In this document: one piece after another, positions 8,191 through 19,100 of the stretch
Layout of the letters: the number at the start of each line of letters is the position of its first letter
Position numbering within the stretch: position 1 is the first letter of the stretch
NCBI GenBank assembly: GCA_963662285.2
Contig: CAXXMV010000002.1
Span: forward strand, 1,056,001 to 1,120,000
DNA length: 64,000 bases
From: a bacterium
GTDB lineage: Bacteria; Hinthialibacterota; Hinthialibacteria; Hinthialibacterales; Hinthialibacteraceae
Direction of reading: 5' to 3'
Program-made: the position numbers and the translations under genes
Notes under the pieces: generated by a model
What the model was told of the DNA's origin: nothing
Databases searched by the model: none
The model's input: only the letters and a program-made list of their open reading frames with translations

Positions 8191-9923
8191 ACGGCAGCAA
8201 CAAAAGCCAGCGCAGCGCGGCGGATCATGCCGCTCCCATGGGGATGGGATGTACACGGGTCGTGGAGCGGGTCTGTGCGGCGACGGGTCAACTCAGCGAA
8301 GCGCCCACCCGTTTCGAGACCTCGCTGGACGTCTGCAATGGCGGCGTGCTTTGGGCGCTGCCGGCGTTATCGGCCAATGGATTGTTGACCAAAACAGAAG
8401 CCTTGTTCTCCCTGCCCAAAGGTTATTATTCCTGCATTCATATTTTCCTGCTGTTAGCTTTCATGGCCTTGATCCGGATCAAGACCAACGAACAGTTGCG
8501 CTATTTTCCGGCGGGAGAAGGGGGCAAATGGCTGGGATTGGATCGAATCCCCGAAGTGCGGACCTTGCGGGAAAAGATCAAAATCCTGGCGGCGCCCGAA
8601 TCGGTCGCGCAATGGAGCCGCATCTTGTCACGGCATTGGATGGATAACAATCCAGAGGCGGCGGGAGTTCTGTATATCGATGGACACGTACGCGTCTATC
8701 ACGGCTCGCAAACTCCGCTCCCCAAACGGTACGTGGCGCGCGACCGCTTGTGCATGCGGGGCACGACCGACTATTGGGTAAACGATCAGCAGGGCGATCC
8801 GTTCTTCGTGGTGAGCACGCCGTTCACCGCGGGATTGCTGGATATGTTGAAACGCGAGATCGCGCCGCAACTGCTGCAGGATGTTCCCAACCAGCCCAGC
8901 CCGCAACAACTCGAAGCGAATCCTTATTGCCATCGGTTTGTCATGATCTTTGACCGTGAGGGATACAGCCCAACCTTCTTCGCGGAGATGCGGACGCTCC
9001 GCATCGCCTGTCAAACTTACAACAAGTATCCCAAAGAAGATTGGCCGGAAGCGGAATTCACCGAGGTCAATGTGGAGATGCCCGGCGGCCATTCATCCCG
9101 CATGAAATTGGCTGAACGAGGGGTGTTCCTGGGCCGGGTTTTGTGGGTGAGGGAAATCCGGAAACTCACTGTTTACACCTCTGATTTTACCCGTATTGCG
9201 GCGCACATGTTCTCGCGATGGTCACAGGAAAACTTTTTCCGTTATATGATGCAACACTATGGAATTGATCGGCTGATCGACTACGATCTCGTCAAGCCGG
9301 ATGATACCATGAAAGTGGTTAATCCCGCTTATCGTTCCTTGGAAGGCCGGATAAAAAAACAAGCGGGACGATTGGGAAGAAAGAAGGCGGAGTTTGGAAC
9401 TTTGGCGCTGACGGAATCCCAGGTGGAGGAGAACGATATCTTATCCTTTGAACAAAAAAAGGGGGAAATCAAAGAAGAAATCGAGCAGTTGGAGCATGAA
9501 CTGGCCGGGATGAAGGAGGAACGCAAAACGGTTGCCAAGCACTTGCCGCTTAACCAACTGCCGGAGTCGGAACGGTTTCAGCAACTCGCTCCAACGCGCA
9601 AACAATTTCTCGATGCGATTAAAATGATCGCCTATCGGGCGGAGACGGCCATGGCGATGATTGTGCGAACAAAATTGGCCCGAAGCGACGATGCCCGCTC
9701 ATTGATCCGGGAAATATTTGCGACGGAAGCGGATTTCATTCCTGATGAGGAAAACAAAACCTTAACGGTGCAGTTGCACCATTTGACCAACCACCTATCG
9801 GATCAAGCCGCCCGCAACTTAGCAGCGAATCTCAACGCCACAGAAACCATCTACCCCGGCACGGAATTGCGACTAATCTACAAACTGGTATCGGATGAAA
9901 TTCCACCAGATCAGGAGGTCTGA
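8175..9923 (+). CDS. IS orfB, DDE catalytic part, probably reached by -1 frameshift
   Basis: LYIDGH, IFDREGYS, RWSQENFFRY motifs; -1 frame relative to orfA at the A9 run; stop codon is the last triplet of the right IR. Confidence 0.8.
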   Translation, partial: KKKDLNGSNKSQRSAADHAAPMGMGCTRVVERVCAATGQLSEAPTRFETSLDVCNGGVLWALPALSANGLLTKTEALFSLPKGYYSCIHIFLLLAFMALIRIKTNEQLRYFPAGEGGKWLGLDRIPEVRTLREKIKILAAPESVAQWSRILSRHWMDNNPEAAGVLYIDGHVRVYHGSQTPLPKRYVARDRLCMRGTTDYWVNDQQGDPFFVVSTPFTAGLLDMLKREIAPQLLQDVPNQPSPQQLEANPYCHRFVMIFDREGYSPTFFAEMRTLRIACQTYNKYPKEDWPEAEFTEVNVEMPGGHSSRMKLAERGVFLGRVLWVREIRKLTVYTSDFTRIAAHMFSRWSQENFFRYMMQHYGIDRLIDYDLVKPDDTMKVVNPAYRSLEGRIKKQAGRLGRKKAEFGTLALTESQVEENDILSFEQKKGEIKEEIEQLEHELAGMKEERKTVAKHLPLNQLPESERFQQLAPTRKQFLDAIKMIAYRAETAMAMIVRTKLARSDDARSLIREIFATEADFIPDEENKTLTVQLHHLTNHLSDQAARNLAANLNATETIYPGTELRLIYKLVSDEIPPDQEV

Positions 9924-9934
9924 TATTGTATGAA

Positions 9935-10041
9935 TAAGTCAATACAATATAACAGGTTATATCCAAAATCCCTCTCCCCCAAGTTGGGGGAGAATTCAAG
10001 AGAGGGTTGTTTATCAAACTTTATATTTTTTAAGTGACTTA
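9935..10041. repeat. MITE-like element with REP-like hairpin core
   Basis: Imperfect TIRs TAAGTCA..ATATAA / TTATAT..TGACTTA around CTCCCCCAAGTTGGGGGAG, a core related to 58021-58108. Confidence 0.55.
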
Positions 10042-10049
10042 ATGATTTA

Positions 10050-11579
10050 TCAAGGTTTGACAAATATAGCGTAGCGGCTGGATTTTACCGCTTTCCACCC
10101 CAGTTTCATCATGGTCTGTTTTGCTTCAATAGTATTAACTACAACAATTTCAACGTGTTTATCTTCAAGAAATTTTTTTAATTGTTCAGGCGGACGTCTG
10201 AAGACCGGGGGATTGAGCGCCGAATTATCCCTTTGGTGAGGATCGCGGTCATAAAGCATTTCGCCCAAGTCGGTTCCTTGACCAATGACCGCCAGAGTCA
10301 GCCAATCCCACCCATTGACTTCAATCAGAGTTTTCCCTTTTGAATATCGGTGATTTTTTATCTCACTTTTAAGGTCAATACCCGATTGATATAGCTCTGA
10401 TGAAACGAATGCCGGAGGTTTGGTGAATGAAGGAATAAGATAAAAAATGCATAGTGCGGCGGGAAGCACCAGCAGACGCGCAGGGACAAATTGCCCGATC
10501 ATGGCGAATGTTACTCCAATATAAGGAAGCAGAGTTACAAAAATGGGGAAAGTCAGCCGCCAAAAATTATGGGTTGGCATCATACCAAGAGCTGAGGCCG
10601 ATATCTGCGCTATTATATATAGCGCTGTTAGTATAAGTTGATATCCGATCAGGTCATGGATACCCGGATTTTTCCTTCTTTCATGCCATGCTGCGGAAAT
10701 TCCTACAATAATAATGAACAGATAGAGCGGTGAGACGCCGATATAAATACGTAGAAACTGAATTGGAGTCCAAAAAGGGCTGTGTGAATATTGAGAAGAA
10801 AACCCATTTTTGAGCGCTGAGAAATAAGATAAGGTTCCTGGTCCTCCAGCATGCTCCATCATCCAGGTGATAGGAAATGCCAGCGTCAAGGCGCCGCCGA
10901 TAAGGATGAATGAGAACCATTGCATGTTGGTGGTATGGCGACGTAAGCGCCAGATCATCAGTAAATAAATAATTCCAACCAGAGCGATACCCTCCAACCT
11001 GGTCATTGATGCCAAAATAGAAATCAAAAGGGCGGAGAAAGCCAAAAGGATGTTTCTTCTGTCAATCGCCAAAATAAAGGCGATAAATGACAATAACAGA
11101 AGAAATGTGTATAAACTTTCCGCCAGCATACTTGAACCAAGCCATATCCAGCGTGGATAAAATACGAAAATCGCCAGCGGAACAAAGAGAGGCAGTATAG
11201 TGCTCAAACGCCAGTTATTCCCGGTTTGGGGAATTAACCCCCAACATAACAGTCCCAGTAATGGGATGCTCAAAATCGAGGCGGTTATAGATAAAATGCA
11301 CATTGTGGCATGGCCGGAGGCGAAAATTTTGATCATTAATCCACCCAACCAGAATGGAAAGGGCGGCCATGTCGGATCAGGGAAGAAAGAAGGACTCTCT
11401 GACCATAAGATGGCGATGCGGTAACGTGCTACATCATCAGCCGAAAGAGTGAAGAAATAGTTATGATCCGCCAGAAGATATATTGAAAGCCCCAGCCTGA
11501 AAAGCATGCAGAGGATGATCAAAAGCCAGAACCAGCGGAAATAAGCCGTTTTTTTTGGCGATGATGATTTTTTTTTCAT
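10050..11579 (-). CDS. Polytopic membrane glycosyltransferase-like protein (GT-C, PMT/ArnT-like)
   Basis: Many hydrophobic segments; SADD after TM1, WPPFPFW, LAESLY, TRLEG. Confidence 0.7.
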   Translation of the reverse strand: MKKKSSSPKKTAYFRWFWLLIILCMLFRLGLSIYLLADHNYFFTLSADDVARYRIAILWSESPSFFPDPTWPPFPFWLGGLMIKIFASGHATMCILSITASILSIPLLGLLCWGLIPQTGNNWRLSTILPLFVPLAIFVFYPRWIWLGSSMLAESLYTFLLLLSFIAFILAIDRRNILLAFSALLISILASMTRLEGIALVGIIYLLMIWRLRRHTTNMQWFSFILIGGALTLAFPITWMMEHAGGPGTLSYFSALKNGFSSQYSHSPFWTPIQFLRIYIGVSPLYLFIIIVGISAAWHERRKNPGIHDLIGYQLILTALYIIAQISASALGMMPTHNFWRLTFPIFVTLLPYIGVTFAMIGQFVPARLLVLPAALCIFYLIPSFTKPPAFVSSELYQSGIDLKSEIKNHRYSKGKTLIEVNGWDWLTLAVIGQGTDLGEMLYDRDPHQRDNSALNPPVFRRPPEQLKKFLEDKHVEIVVVNTIEAKQTMMKLGWKAVKSSRYAIFVKP

Positions 11580-11883
11580 TAAATTGATATCTCAAATTCT
11601 AGTTTATATAAAGGTCAATGAATCCTAACCTATTGAAGTAAGTTGGTGTAGGGATTGAAAAAGAGTTATTCGTTTTTACAGGAAAATAAACTGAGTTTTA
11701 TTAAACAAATCGGTGAATAAAACAATACTCATTAAGGGTAAGCCTATGAATTATAGTTGTTAAAGATGCGTTTCGACAAGTTTAACGGATGGCGAATAGG
11801 TCTTCAAATCTGGAATAATAAATAAATGTCAAGGGGTGAATTGGAGAAAATCAAGTAAAATTATAAATTATGATTAATTTGAC

Positions 11884-11912
11884 TTGACATGTTAGGTATG
11901 ACTCTGTAAAAT
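11884..11912 (+). promoter_or_regulatory. Sigma-70 promoter for rpoBC
   Basis: TTGACA-17 nt-TAAAAT. Confidence 0.75.
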
Positions 11913-12028
11913 TATAGGTTCGAGTTTTAAGAATGGAATCGGGGCCGATCTTTCTTCCAATTACACTCGTAAGCGCTTATGAATCAAACATGCATTATTC
12001 ACGATACGAGAGCCATTGCTCTGATGTC

Positions 12029-12052
12029 GGGGAACTATCTTGTTCCTTTTTT
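12029..12052 (+). terminator. Terminator-like hairpin in the rpoB leader (possible attenuator)
   Basis: GGGGAAC-TATCTT-GTTCC followed by T6. Confidence 0.45.
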
Positions 12053-12277
12053 GTATCTAATCCTACCTGTGCGTCCGCATTTTTTGTGGTCATTACGTCG
12101 GCTATGCCCCCAGTCCGGCTTTTTTATAGAAAGTCTTCGATATAGGAATTAATAGTTAAGGAGATTGTCGGCGGTTAAATCTGTGCTCAAAAGCCCCATT
12201 AGCTGCAACTTGAAACTCGTGTTGGATAATAATTTAAAAGCAGGAAACCCAAACAAAGGGTATAGAGGAGAAAATTA

Positions 12278-15200
12278 ATGAAACAAACATCGGATATATG
12301 TCCTTGGCGGAAGCGCAAGAGTTTTGCCAAGATCCAAGACGTCATTCCCATTCCCGACCTGATTGAGACCCAGCAACTCTCCTATAACCTGTTTTTGCAG
12401 CAAAATGAGTTGCCGGATCAAAGGCAGATGGCGGGTTTGGAACAGGCGTTTTGTTCCATATTTCCAATCAAAGGCCGGGGCAATTCCTCGCTGGAGTTTG
12501 TTAATTACAGCTTGGGGCGACCTAAATACCTGGTCATGGAGTGCATAGAACGAGGAATGACCTATTCTGCGCCAGTTCGGATCAAAGTGCGCTTGATTGT
12601 CAAATCCGGTGATGGAAAAGGCAAAGAAGAAGAAGCTGAAATTATTGATATCCGTGAAGAGGATATTTATCTGGGCGAGATTCCTCTGATGACTGATCGG
12701 GGAACTTTTGTAATAAACGGCGCCGAGCGCGTTGTAGTCAGCCAATTGCATCGTTCTCCTGGAGCAACATTTAATGTTGAATTGCATCATAGTGGACAAC
12801 GTTTGATCAAAGGCAGCATTATTCCTAACCGGGGCGCCTGGTTGGAATTTGAAAATGACTTGAATGACGTTTTGTCTGTGGTTATCGACAGGCGCAGGAA
12901 ATTGCCGGTTACGGTTCTCTTGAGAGCATTTGGTTATGCGGATGACGATGAAGTTATGGGATTATTCGTCAAACATAAAACCGCTAAAATCGGTCCTCGC
13001 AGCAAAACTACTCTTGTCGGGAAAATTGTCAGCCGTGATATTATCGATCCTGAAACCAATATTGCGATGGTTGAAGCAGGGACGGAGATCACTGAAGCGG
13101 TTGTCGACAAGTTCTTTGAATTGAATATTACTTCAGTTTCGTTGGTTGATGGACACGAGCGCGATTACAACGTTATACGCAATACTTTGTTGAAAGACAA
13201 CACTACAGATCGGGAAAGCGCATTGGGCGAGATTTATCAGACTCTGCGTCCCGGAGAACCGCCTGCTTTAAAGAACGCCATTGCTCTATTTGAAAACCTT
13301 TTTACCAAACCCAGACGTTACGATCTTTCCCGCGTTGGACGTTATAGATTGAATAAAAAACTGGGAATCGATATTGATATCGATACAATCACCCTGTGTC
13401 CTGAAGATGTTGTAGCGGTTATTGGTTATATACTTACGCTGAATCGGGGCGAAGGCGTGTCGGATGATATCGATCACCTTGGCAACCGGCGTGTTCGTAC
13501 TATTGGTGAATTACTGGAAAATCAGATTCGCGTCGGATTAGCCCGGATGGAGCGAACAGTACGGGAAAAGATGGGTATTCTCGATTTAGAGAACATCATG
13601 CCTCGTAATCTTATCAACGCTAAACCAATCACAACGGCGATTGGCGACTTTTTTGGTCGCAGTCAACTGTCGCAATTTCTTGATCAAGTCAATCCTTTAT
13701 CAGAATTAACCCATAAGCGGCGTCTTTCCGCATTGGGACCCGGTGGTTTGAATCGGGAACGTGCGGGATTTGAGGTTCGCGATGTTCACCATACTCATTA
13801 TGGACGCGTTTGTCCTATTGAGACGCCTGAAGGTCCCAACATCGGCTTGATTTCCAGTCTTTCAACTTATGCGCGGATTAATGAGTTCGGCTTCATTGAA
13901 ACTCCTTACCGTAAAGTTAAAAAGGGAATCGTTTCCAAGTCGATTGAGTACTTAACTGCTGATGATGAAGATAATTGCATCATTGCTCAGGCTAATGCTC
14001 CGCTCGATAGCAAAGGGCATTTTGAGCGTGATACGGTACTGTCGAGATACCGTGAAAATTATCCACGGGTTTCTCCTGATTTAGTTAATTATATGGATGT
14101 TTCGCCCAAGCAGTTAGTCTCGATTTCTGCGGCTTTGATCCCGTTTCTCGAACACGATGACGCCAACCGCGCTTTGATGGGATCAAACATGCAGCGCCAG
14201 GCGGTTCCTCTATTGAAGACCGAAGCGCCTAGGATTGGAACAGGCGTCGAATATAAAGCTGCCAAGGATTCAGGCGTTGTAGTTGTTGCCCGGCGATCAG
14301 GAATTGTTGAGAGCGTCAGTGCTGCGAAAATCGTTATTCGCCCCGACGAACCACTAATCGAAAAAGATTTTGACGAATATATATTACAGAAATTCGTACG
14401 CTCGAATCAAAATACCTGCATCAATCAAAAACCTATTGTTCGTCTTGGCGACCACGTAGAAGAAGGATGGGTAATTGCTGATGGCCCCGCCACCGACAAA
14501 GGTGAACTGGCTCTAGGGAAGAATGTTCTTTGCGCGTTCATGTCCTGGGAAGGCGCCAACTTCGAGGATGCCATCGTGGTCAGCGAGCGATTGATTCGCG
14601 ACGATGTGTTCACCAGCGTTCATATTGAGGAATTTAAGGTTGAAGCGCGAGACACCAAACTTGGCGAAGAAGAAATTACGCGTGATATTCCCAATGTCGG
14701 CGATGAAGCGCTCAAGAATTTAGATGAGAATGGCGTTATTCGCATTGGCGCTCCAGTAAATCCCGGCGATATCCTGGTTGGTAAGATTTCGCCTAAAGGC
14801 AAAGTACAAACTTCCAATGTTGAAAAACTGCTTCGCGCTATCTTCGGAAAGCGTGCGGAAGATGTTAAGGATATATCGCTTAAAGCTCATCCCGGAACGC
14901 GGGGCACAGTGGTGGATGTCAAAGTCTTCTCCAGAAAAATGCGCGGCGGACGCGGACGAGCCGAAGATGAACGATCAATCAAACGGCTCTTGGCTGAACG
15001 CGAATCCAAACTCGCTCTTATGGACGATGAATGGAAGGAGCGGCTCCATAATTTATTAGTCGGTATGGAGCTGGCCGGTGAAATGCTGGATCCCACAACT
15101 GGAGAGATTCTCTTCTCTAAGGGGAAAACCATAACAGCTGACGATTTAGATAAATTAGGGGATATTGATATTCGCGAATTGACTATTGAAGGCGATCCGG

Positions 15201-16111
15201 TGCTGGATCGCTTGAGGATGCAATATCAACAGAACCTGGAAGATATCAGACAACAGATCGAAAAACAGGTTGAATATATTAAGACGGGCGACAACCTGCC
15301 TCCCGGCGTTTTGAAAATGGTCAAAGTTTACGTCGCCAAAAAGAAACGGTTATCCATCGGCGACAAGATGGCCGGTCGTCACGGTAATAAGGGCGTTGTT
15401 TCCATCGTTGTTCCTATTGAAGATATGCCGCATTTGGCGGATGGAACCCCGATTGACATTCTACTAAATCCATTGGGCGTTCCATCACGTATGAATGTCG
15501 GACAGGTGTTCGAAACTCATCTGGGATGGGCAATCGATAAACTGGATGTTCATATTGCCACACCGGTTTTTGACGGCGCCAAAGAGAGCGATGTGAAGGA
15601 ATTTCTGAGAAAAGCCGGATTACCAGAATCTGGCAAAACTGTATTATACGATGGCCGGACTGGCGATTCTTTCGCTGAGCAAGTTACTGTCGGTTACATC
15701 TATATGCTGAAACTCAATCACTTGGTTGATGATAAAATACATGCTCGATCAATCGGTCCTTATTCGCTTGTGACTCAGCAGCCTTTAGGCGGTAAAGCGC
15801 AATTCGGTGGACAGAGATTAGGAGAGATGGAGGTTTGGGCGCTGGAAGCCTATGGCGCCGCTCATACATTGCAGGAACTTCTTACAGTCAAGTCTGACGA
15901 TATTGTTGGTCGAAACAGGATTTACGAAGCTATTGTCAAAGGTAAAAACGCTAGAGCGCCAGGACTTCCCGAATCTTTTTACGTCTTGGTTAAAGAACTA
16001 CAGAGTCTTGCTCTCTCCATTGATCTTATTGAGGAAGAAGGTAGTTCAGAACCGGATGACAAGCCAGGCAAAGAAAATGTTCAAAAAGGAACTTTGGTGG
16101 AATCTAATTAG
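12278..16111 (+). CDS. rpoB: RNA polymerase beta subunit
   Basis: [66 protein letters not shown]; RBS GAGGAG. Confidence 0.99.
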   Translation: MKQTSDICPWRKRKSFAKIQDVIPIPDLIETQQLSYNLFLQQNELPDQRQMAGLEQAFCSIFPIKGRGNSSLEFVNYSLGRPKYLVMECIERGMTYSAPVRIKVRLIVKSGDGKGKEEEAEIIDIREEDIYLGEIPLMTDRGTFVINGAERVVVSQLHRSPGATFNVELHHSGQRLIKGSIIPNRGAWLEFENDLNDVLSVVIDRRRKLPVTVLLRAFGYADDDEVMGLFVKHKTAKIGPRSKTTLVGKIVSRDIIDPETNIAMVEAGTEITEAVVDKFFELNITSVSLVDGHERDYNVIRNTLLKDNTTDRESALGEIYQTLRPGEPPALKNAIALFENLFTKPRRYDLSRVGRYRLNKKLGIDIDIDTITLCPEDVVAVIGYILTLNRGEGVSDDIDHLGNRRVRTIGELLENQIRVGLARMERTVREKMGILDLENIMPRNLINAKPITTAIGDFFGRSQLSQFLDQVNPLSELTHKRRLSALGPGGLNRERAGFEVRDVHHTHYGRVCPIETPEGPNIGLISSLSTYARINEFGFIETPYRKVKKGIVSKSIEYLTADDEDNCIIAQANAPLDSKGHFERDTVLSRYRENYPRVSPDLVNYMDVSPKQLVSISAALIPFLEHDDANRALMGSNMQRQAVPLLKTEAPRIGTGVEYKAAKDSGVVVVARRSGIVESVSAAKIVIRPDEPLIEKDFDEYILQKFVRSNQNTCINQKPIVRLGDHVEEGWVIADGPATDKGELALGKNVLCAFMSWEGANFEDAIVVSERLIRDDVFTSVHIEEFKVEARDTKLGEEEITRDIPNVGDEALKNLDENGVIRIGAPVNPGDILVGKISPKGKVQTSNVEKLLRAIFGKRAEDVKDISLKAHPGTRGTVVDVKVFSRKMRGGRGRAEDERSIKRLLAERESKLALMDDEWKERLHNLLVGMELAGEMLDPTTGEILFSKGKTITADDLDKLGDIDIRELTIEGDPVLDRLRMQYQQNLEDIRQQIEKQVEYIKTGDNLPPGVLKMVKVYVAKKKRLSIGDKMAGRHGNKGVVSIVVPIEDMPHLADGTPIDILLNPLGVPSRMNVGQVFETHLGWAIDKLDVHIATPVFDGAKESDVKEFLRKAGLPESGKTVLYDGRTGDSFAEQVTVGYIYMLKLNHLVDDKIHARSIGPYSLVTQQPLGGKAQFGGQRLGEMEVWALEAYGAAHTLQELLTVKSDDIVGRNRIYEAIVKGKNARAPGLPESFYVLVKELQSLALSIDLIEEEGSSEPDDKPGKENVQKGTLVESN

Positions 16112-16165
16112 TAATAGAATCTGCCGAGACCTCTAAAACCGGCAGTCCTTAAGAGGTGAAGACTT

Positions 16166-19100
16166 ATGTGGAAATCATTACAAACTCCTGCAGCCAAGCG
16201 GCGGGAAGATGAAATAAGGGATATTAATCGCGTTCGAGCTATTAGAGTTTCTATTGCATCACCTGACCAGATTCGCGGGTGGTCTTATGGAGAAGTGAAA
16301 AATCCCGAAACGATAGATTATAAAACATATAAACCCAAAAACGATGGATTGTTTTGTGAACGCATTTTTGGCCCGACGCGTGATTATGAATGCGCCTGCG
16401 GCAAATTTAAAGGTATAAAACACCGCGGCGTGGTCTGCGACCGTTGCGGCGTTGAAGTTACTCAGTCAAAAGTTCGCCGTAGTCGAATGGGAAATATCAA
16501 TCTGGAAATGCCAGTTGCGCATATCTGGTTTTCTAAAGGCGTTCCCAGTTTGATGGCTTTGTTGCTTGATCTTTCGGTCAAAGCGCTGGAACGCGTCCTG
16601 TACTATGAAGAATATATTGTACTTGATCCTGGAAGTACAGAACTCGCTTATATGGATATTATCTCTGAGCGTGAATATGCGCGGCTTAGAGAAGAATACG
16701 GGTCTGAGTTCCGCGTCGGCATGGGCGCCGAATCTGTTCGTGAAATATTGGTAGAACTTGATCTCGCATCTCTGGCGGAAGAACTACGTATCAGTATCCG
16801 TGATGGAAAGTCTAAACAGCGGGTGAAGCGAAATGTTAAACGGCTGAAAGTCGTTGAGGATTTCCGGCATAGCGATAACAAGCATGAGTGGATGATCATG
16901 GAAGTTCTTCCAGTGATTCCACCTGACCTGCGTCCTCTGGTTCCGTTGGATGGCGGGCGTTTCGCAACTTCCGATCTGAATGATTTATACCGGCGTGTTA
17001 TTAATCGTAACAATCGCTTGCGCCGTTTGAAAGAAGTTCGTGCGCCTGAAGTTATTATCCGGAACGAAAAACGGATGCTTCAGGAAGCGGTTGATGCTCT
17101 GTTGGATAATGGCCGCCGGGGCCGTCCTGTAAAAGGATCGAATAATCGTCCCTTAAAATCTCTCAGTGATATGCTCAAGGGCAAGCAGGGACGTTTCCGT
17201 CAGAACCTTCTGGGTAAACGAGTCGATTATTCCGGTCGTTCGGTTATCGTGTGCGGACCGCAGTTGAAATTCAATGAATGTGGTTTGCCTAAGCAGATGG
17301 CGCTTGAATTGTTTGAACCGTTTATCATCCGGCGTCTTGAAGAACTGGATGAAGTAACCACTATCCGCAGCGCCAAGCGGAAAATTGAACGCCATGATCC
17401 TGAAGTGTTCGACGTTCTCGAAGAAGTAATTAAAGATCATCCAGTGCTTCTGAACCGTGCGCCAACCCTTCACCGAATGGGCATCCAGGCTTTTCAGCCC
17501 AAGTTGGTCGAAGGAAAGGCTATCCGATTACACCCGTTGACCTGCTCGGCGTTTAACGCTGACTTTGACGGTGACCAGATGGCGGTGCATGTGCCTTTAT
17601 CGGCTGAAGCGCAGGCTGAATGTAAGAAAAGCATGCTGGCTATCAACAATATTCTCGGTCCAGCCGATGGTCGACCAGTGGCCACGCCTTCGCAGGATAT
17701 TGTCTTGGGCTGCTATTACCTGACCAAAATTCGTAAACCAATTAATGGCAATACGCCCAGGCGCTTTTCGGATGAACGGGAAGCCATTATTGCTTATGAC
17801 AATAAAGTAATTGATTTGTTAGAAGAGGTCGAGGTTCGTATAGATGGTACGCGAATGCGCACCACGGTCGGGCGCATCATCTTCAACGATGTCCTTCCTC
17901 ATCAACTGCGATTTGTTAACAAAACAACCGACAAGAAGACGCTTTCGCAACTGGTATCTTCATGTTTTAACGAATATGGACGGGATCGGACGGCGCGTTT
18001 CCTCGATGATATAAAAGACATGGGTTATCTTTACGCCAAACTGGGCGGTATTTCAATCGGTTTGGATGACATGATAGTACCTAGTAACAAACAAGCATTG
18101 CTGGATGATGCTCGTGGGGATGTTGAAGCCATTATTCAACAGTTTGAAAAAGGCGCTATTACTGATATTGAACGTTATAACAAGGTTATTGACCGTTGGA
18201 TTCATACCACGGAAGATGTCGCTGAATCCATGATGCAAGATTTAGAAAAAGATAATTTCGGCTTCAACCCGATTTTTATCATGGCTGATTCAGGCGCTCG
18301 TGGTTCAAAGCAGCAGATCAGACAACTGGCTGGGATGCGTGGACTTATGTCCAAACCGATGAAGAAATTGACGGGTGGTATCGGTGAAATTATCGAATCT
18401 CCCATCGAATCAAACTTCAAGGAAGGTTTGACCGTGCTGGAGTATTTCATCTCCACCCACGGCGCTCGTAAAGGTCTTGCTGATACAGCGCTTAAGACTG
18501 CTGAAGCCGGTTATCTGACAAGGCGTCTGGTTGATGTTGCGCAGGATGTAATTATCACTGAAGCGGATTGTGGAACCCTCTCCGGTATCGAAGTGCGTTC
18601 TATCAAAGAGGGCGATCAGATTATCGAATCCTTGCAGGATCGCGTCATCGGACGCGTCGCCGCCGAGGATGTTTTGAATCCATTGACTAACAAGCCTATT
18701 GTTGAGCGCGGCGAAGTTATTGATGAAGATGCTTCGGTTCTAATCGGAAAATGCGGTCTTGAACGAGTATTTATTCGTTCGGTTGTGGCATGTGAATCGC
18801 CGCGTGGGGCTTGCGCCAAATGCTATGGCTGGGATTTATCACGGCGTGAAAACATTCCTATCGGAGACGCTGTCGGCGTTATCGCCGCGCAGTCCATCGG
18901 CGAACCGGGTACCCAACTTACCCTTCGTACCTTCCATATCGGTGGTACTACAAGCCGAATCATTGAAGAATCGGAGATTAGACTCCGTAGAAATGATGAT
19001 GGCATGGCTGGACTCAAAGACGGCGAATCGGGCATCATAAAATATATCAATCTTCGTATGGTCACCAACCGGCATGAAGAACAGATTGCAGTTAATTCAT

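Larger units (their letters stand above)
7626..9923 (+). mobile_element. Insertion sequence (~2.3 kb), two-ORF DDE transposase
   Basis: Terminal IRs TCAGACCTCCTGAGCT (7626-7641) and AGATCAGGAGGTCTGA (9908-9923), 15/16 match; GC-richer than flanks. Confidence 0.88.

Noticed and set aside
11933-12145. 70-aa ORF in the rpoB leader as a leader peptide
   Set aside because: No SD, no telling codon runs, and it crosses both hairpins; not supportable without ribosome profiling.
13650-13750. Rifampicin-resistance substitutions in rpoB cluster I
   Set aside because: Key Q, D, H and S residues ([14 protein letters not shown]) are canonical.
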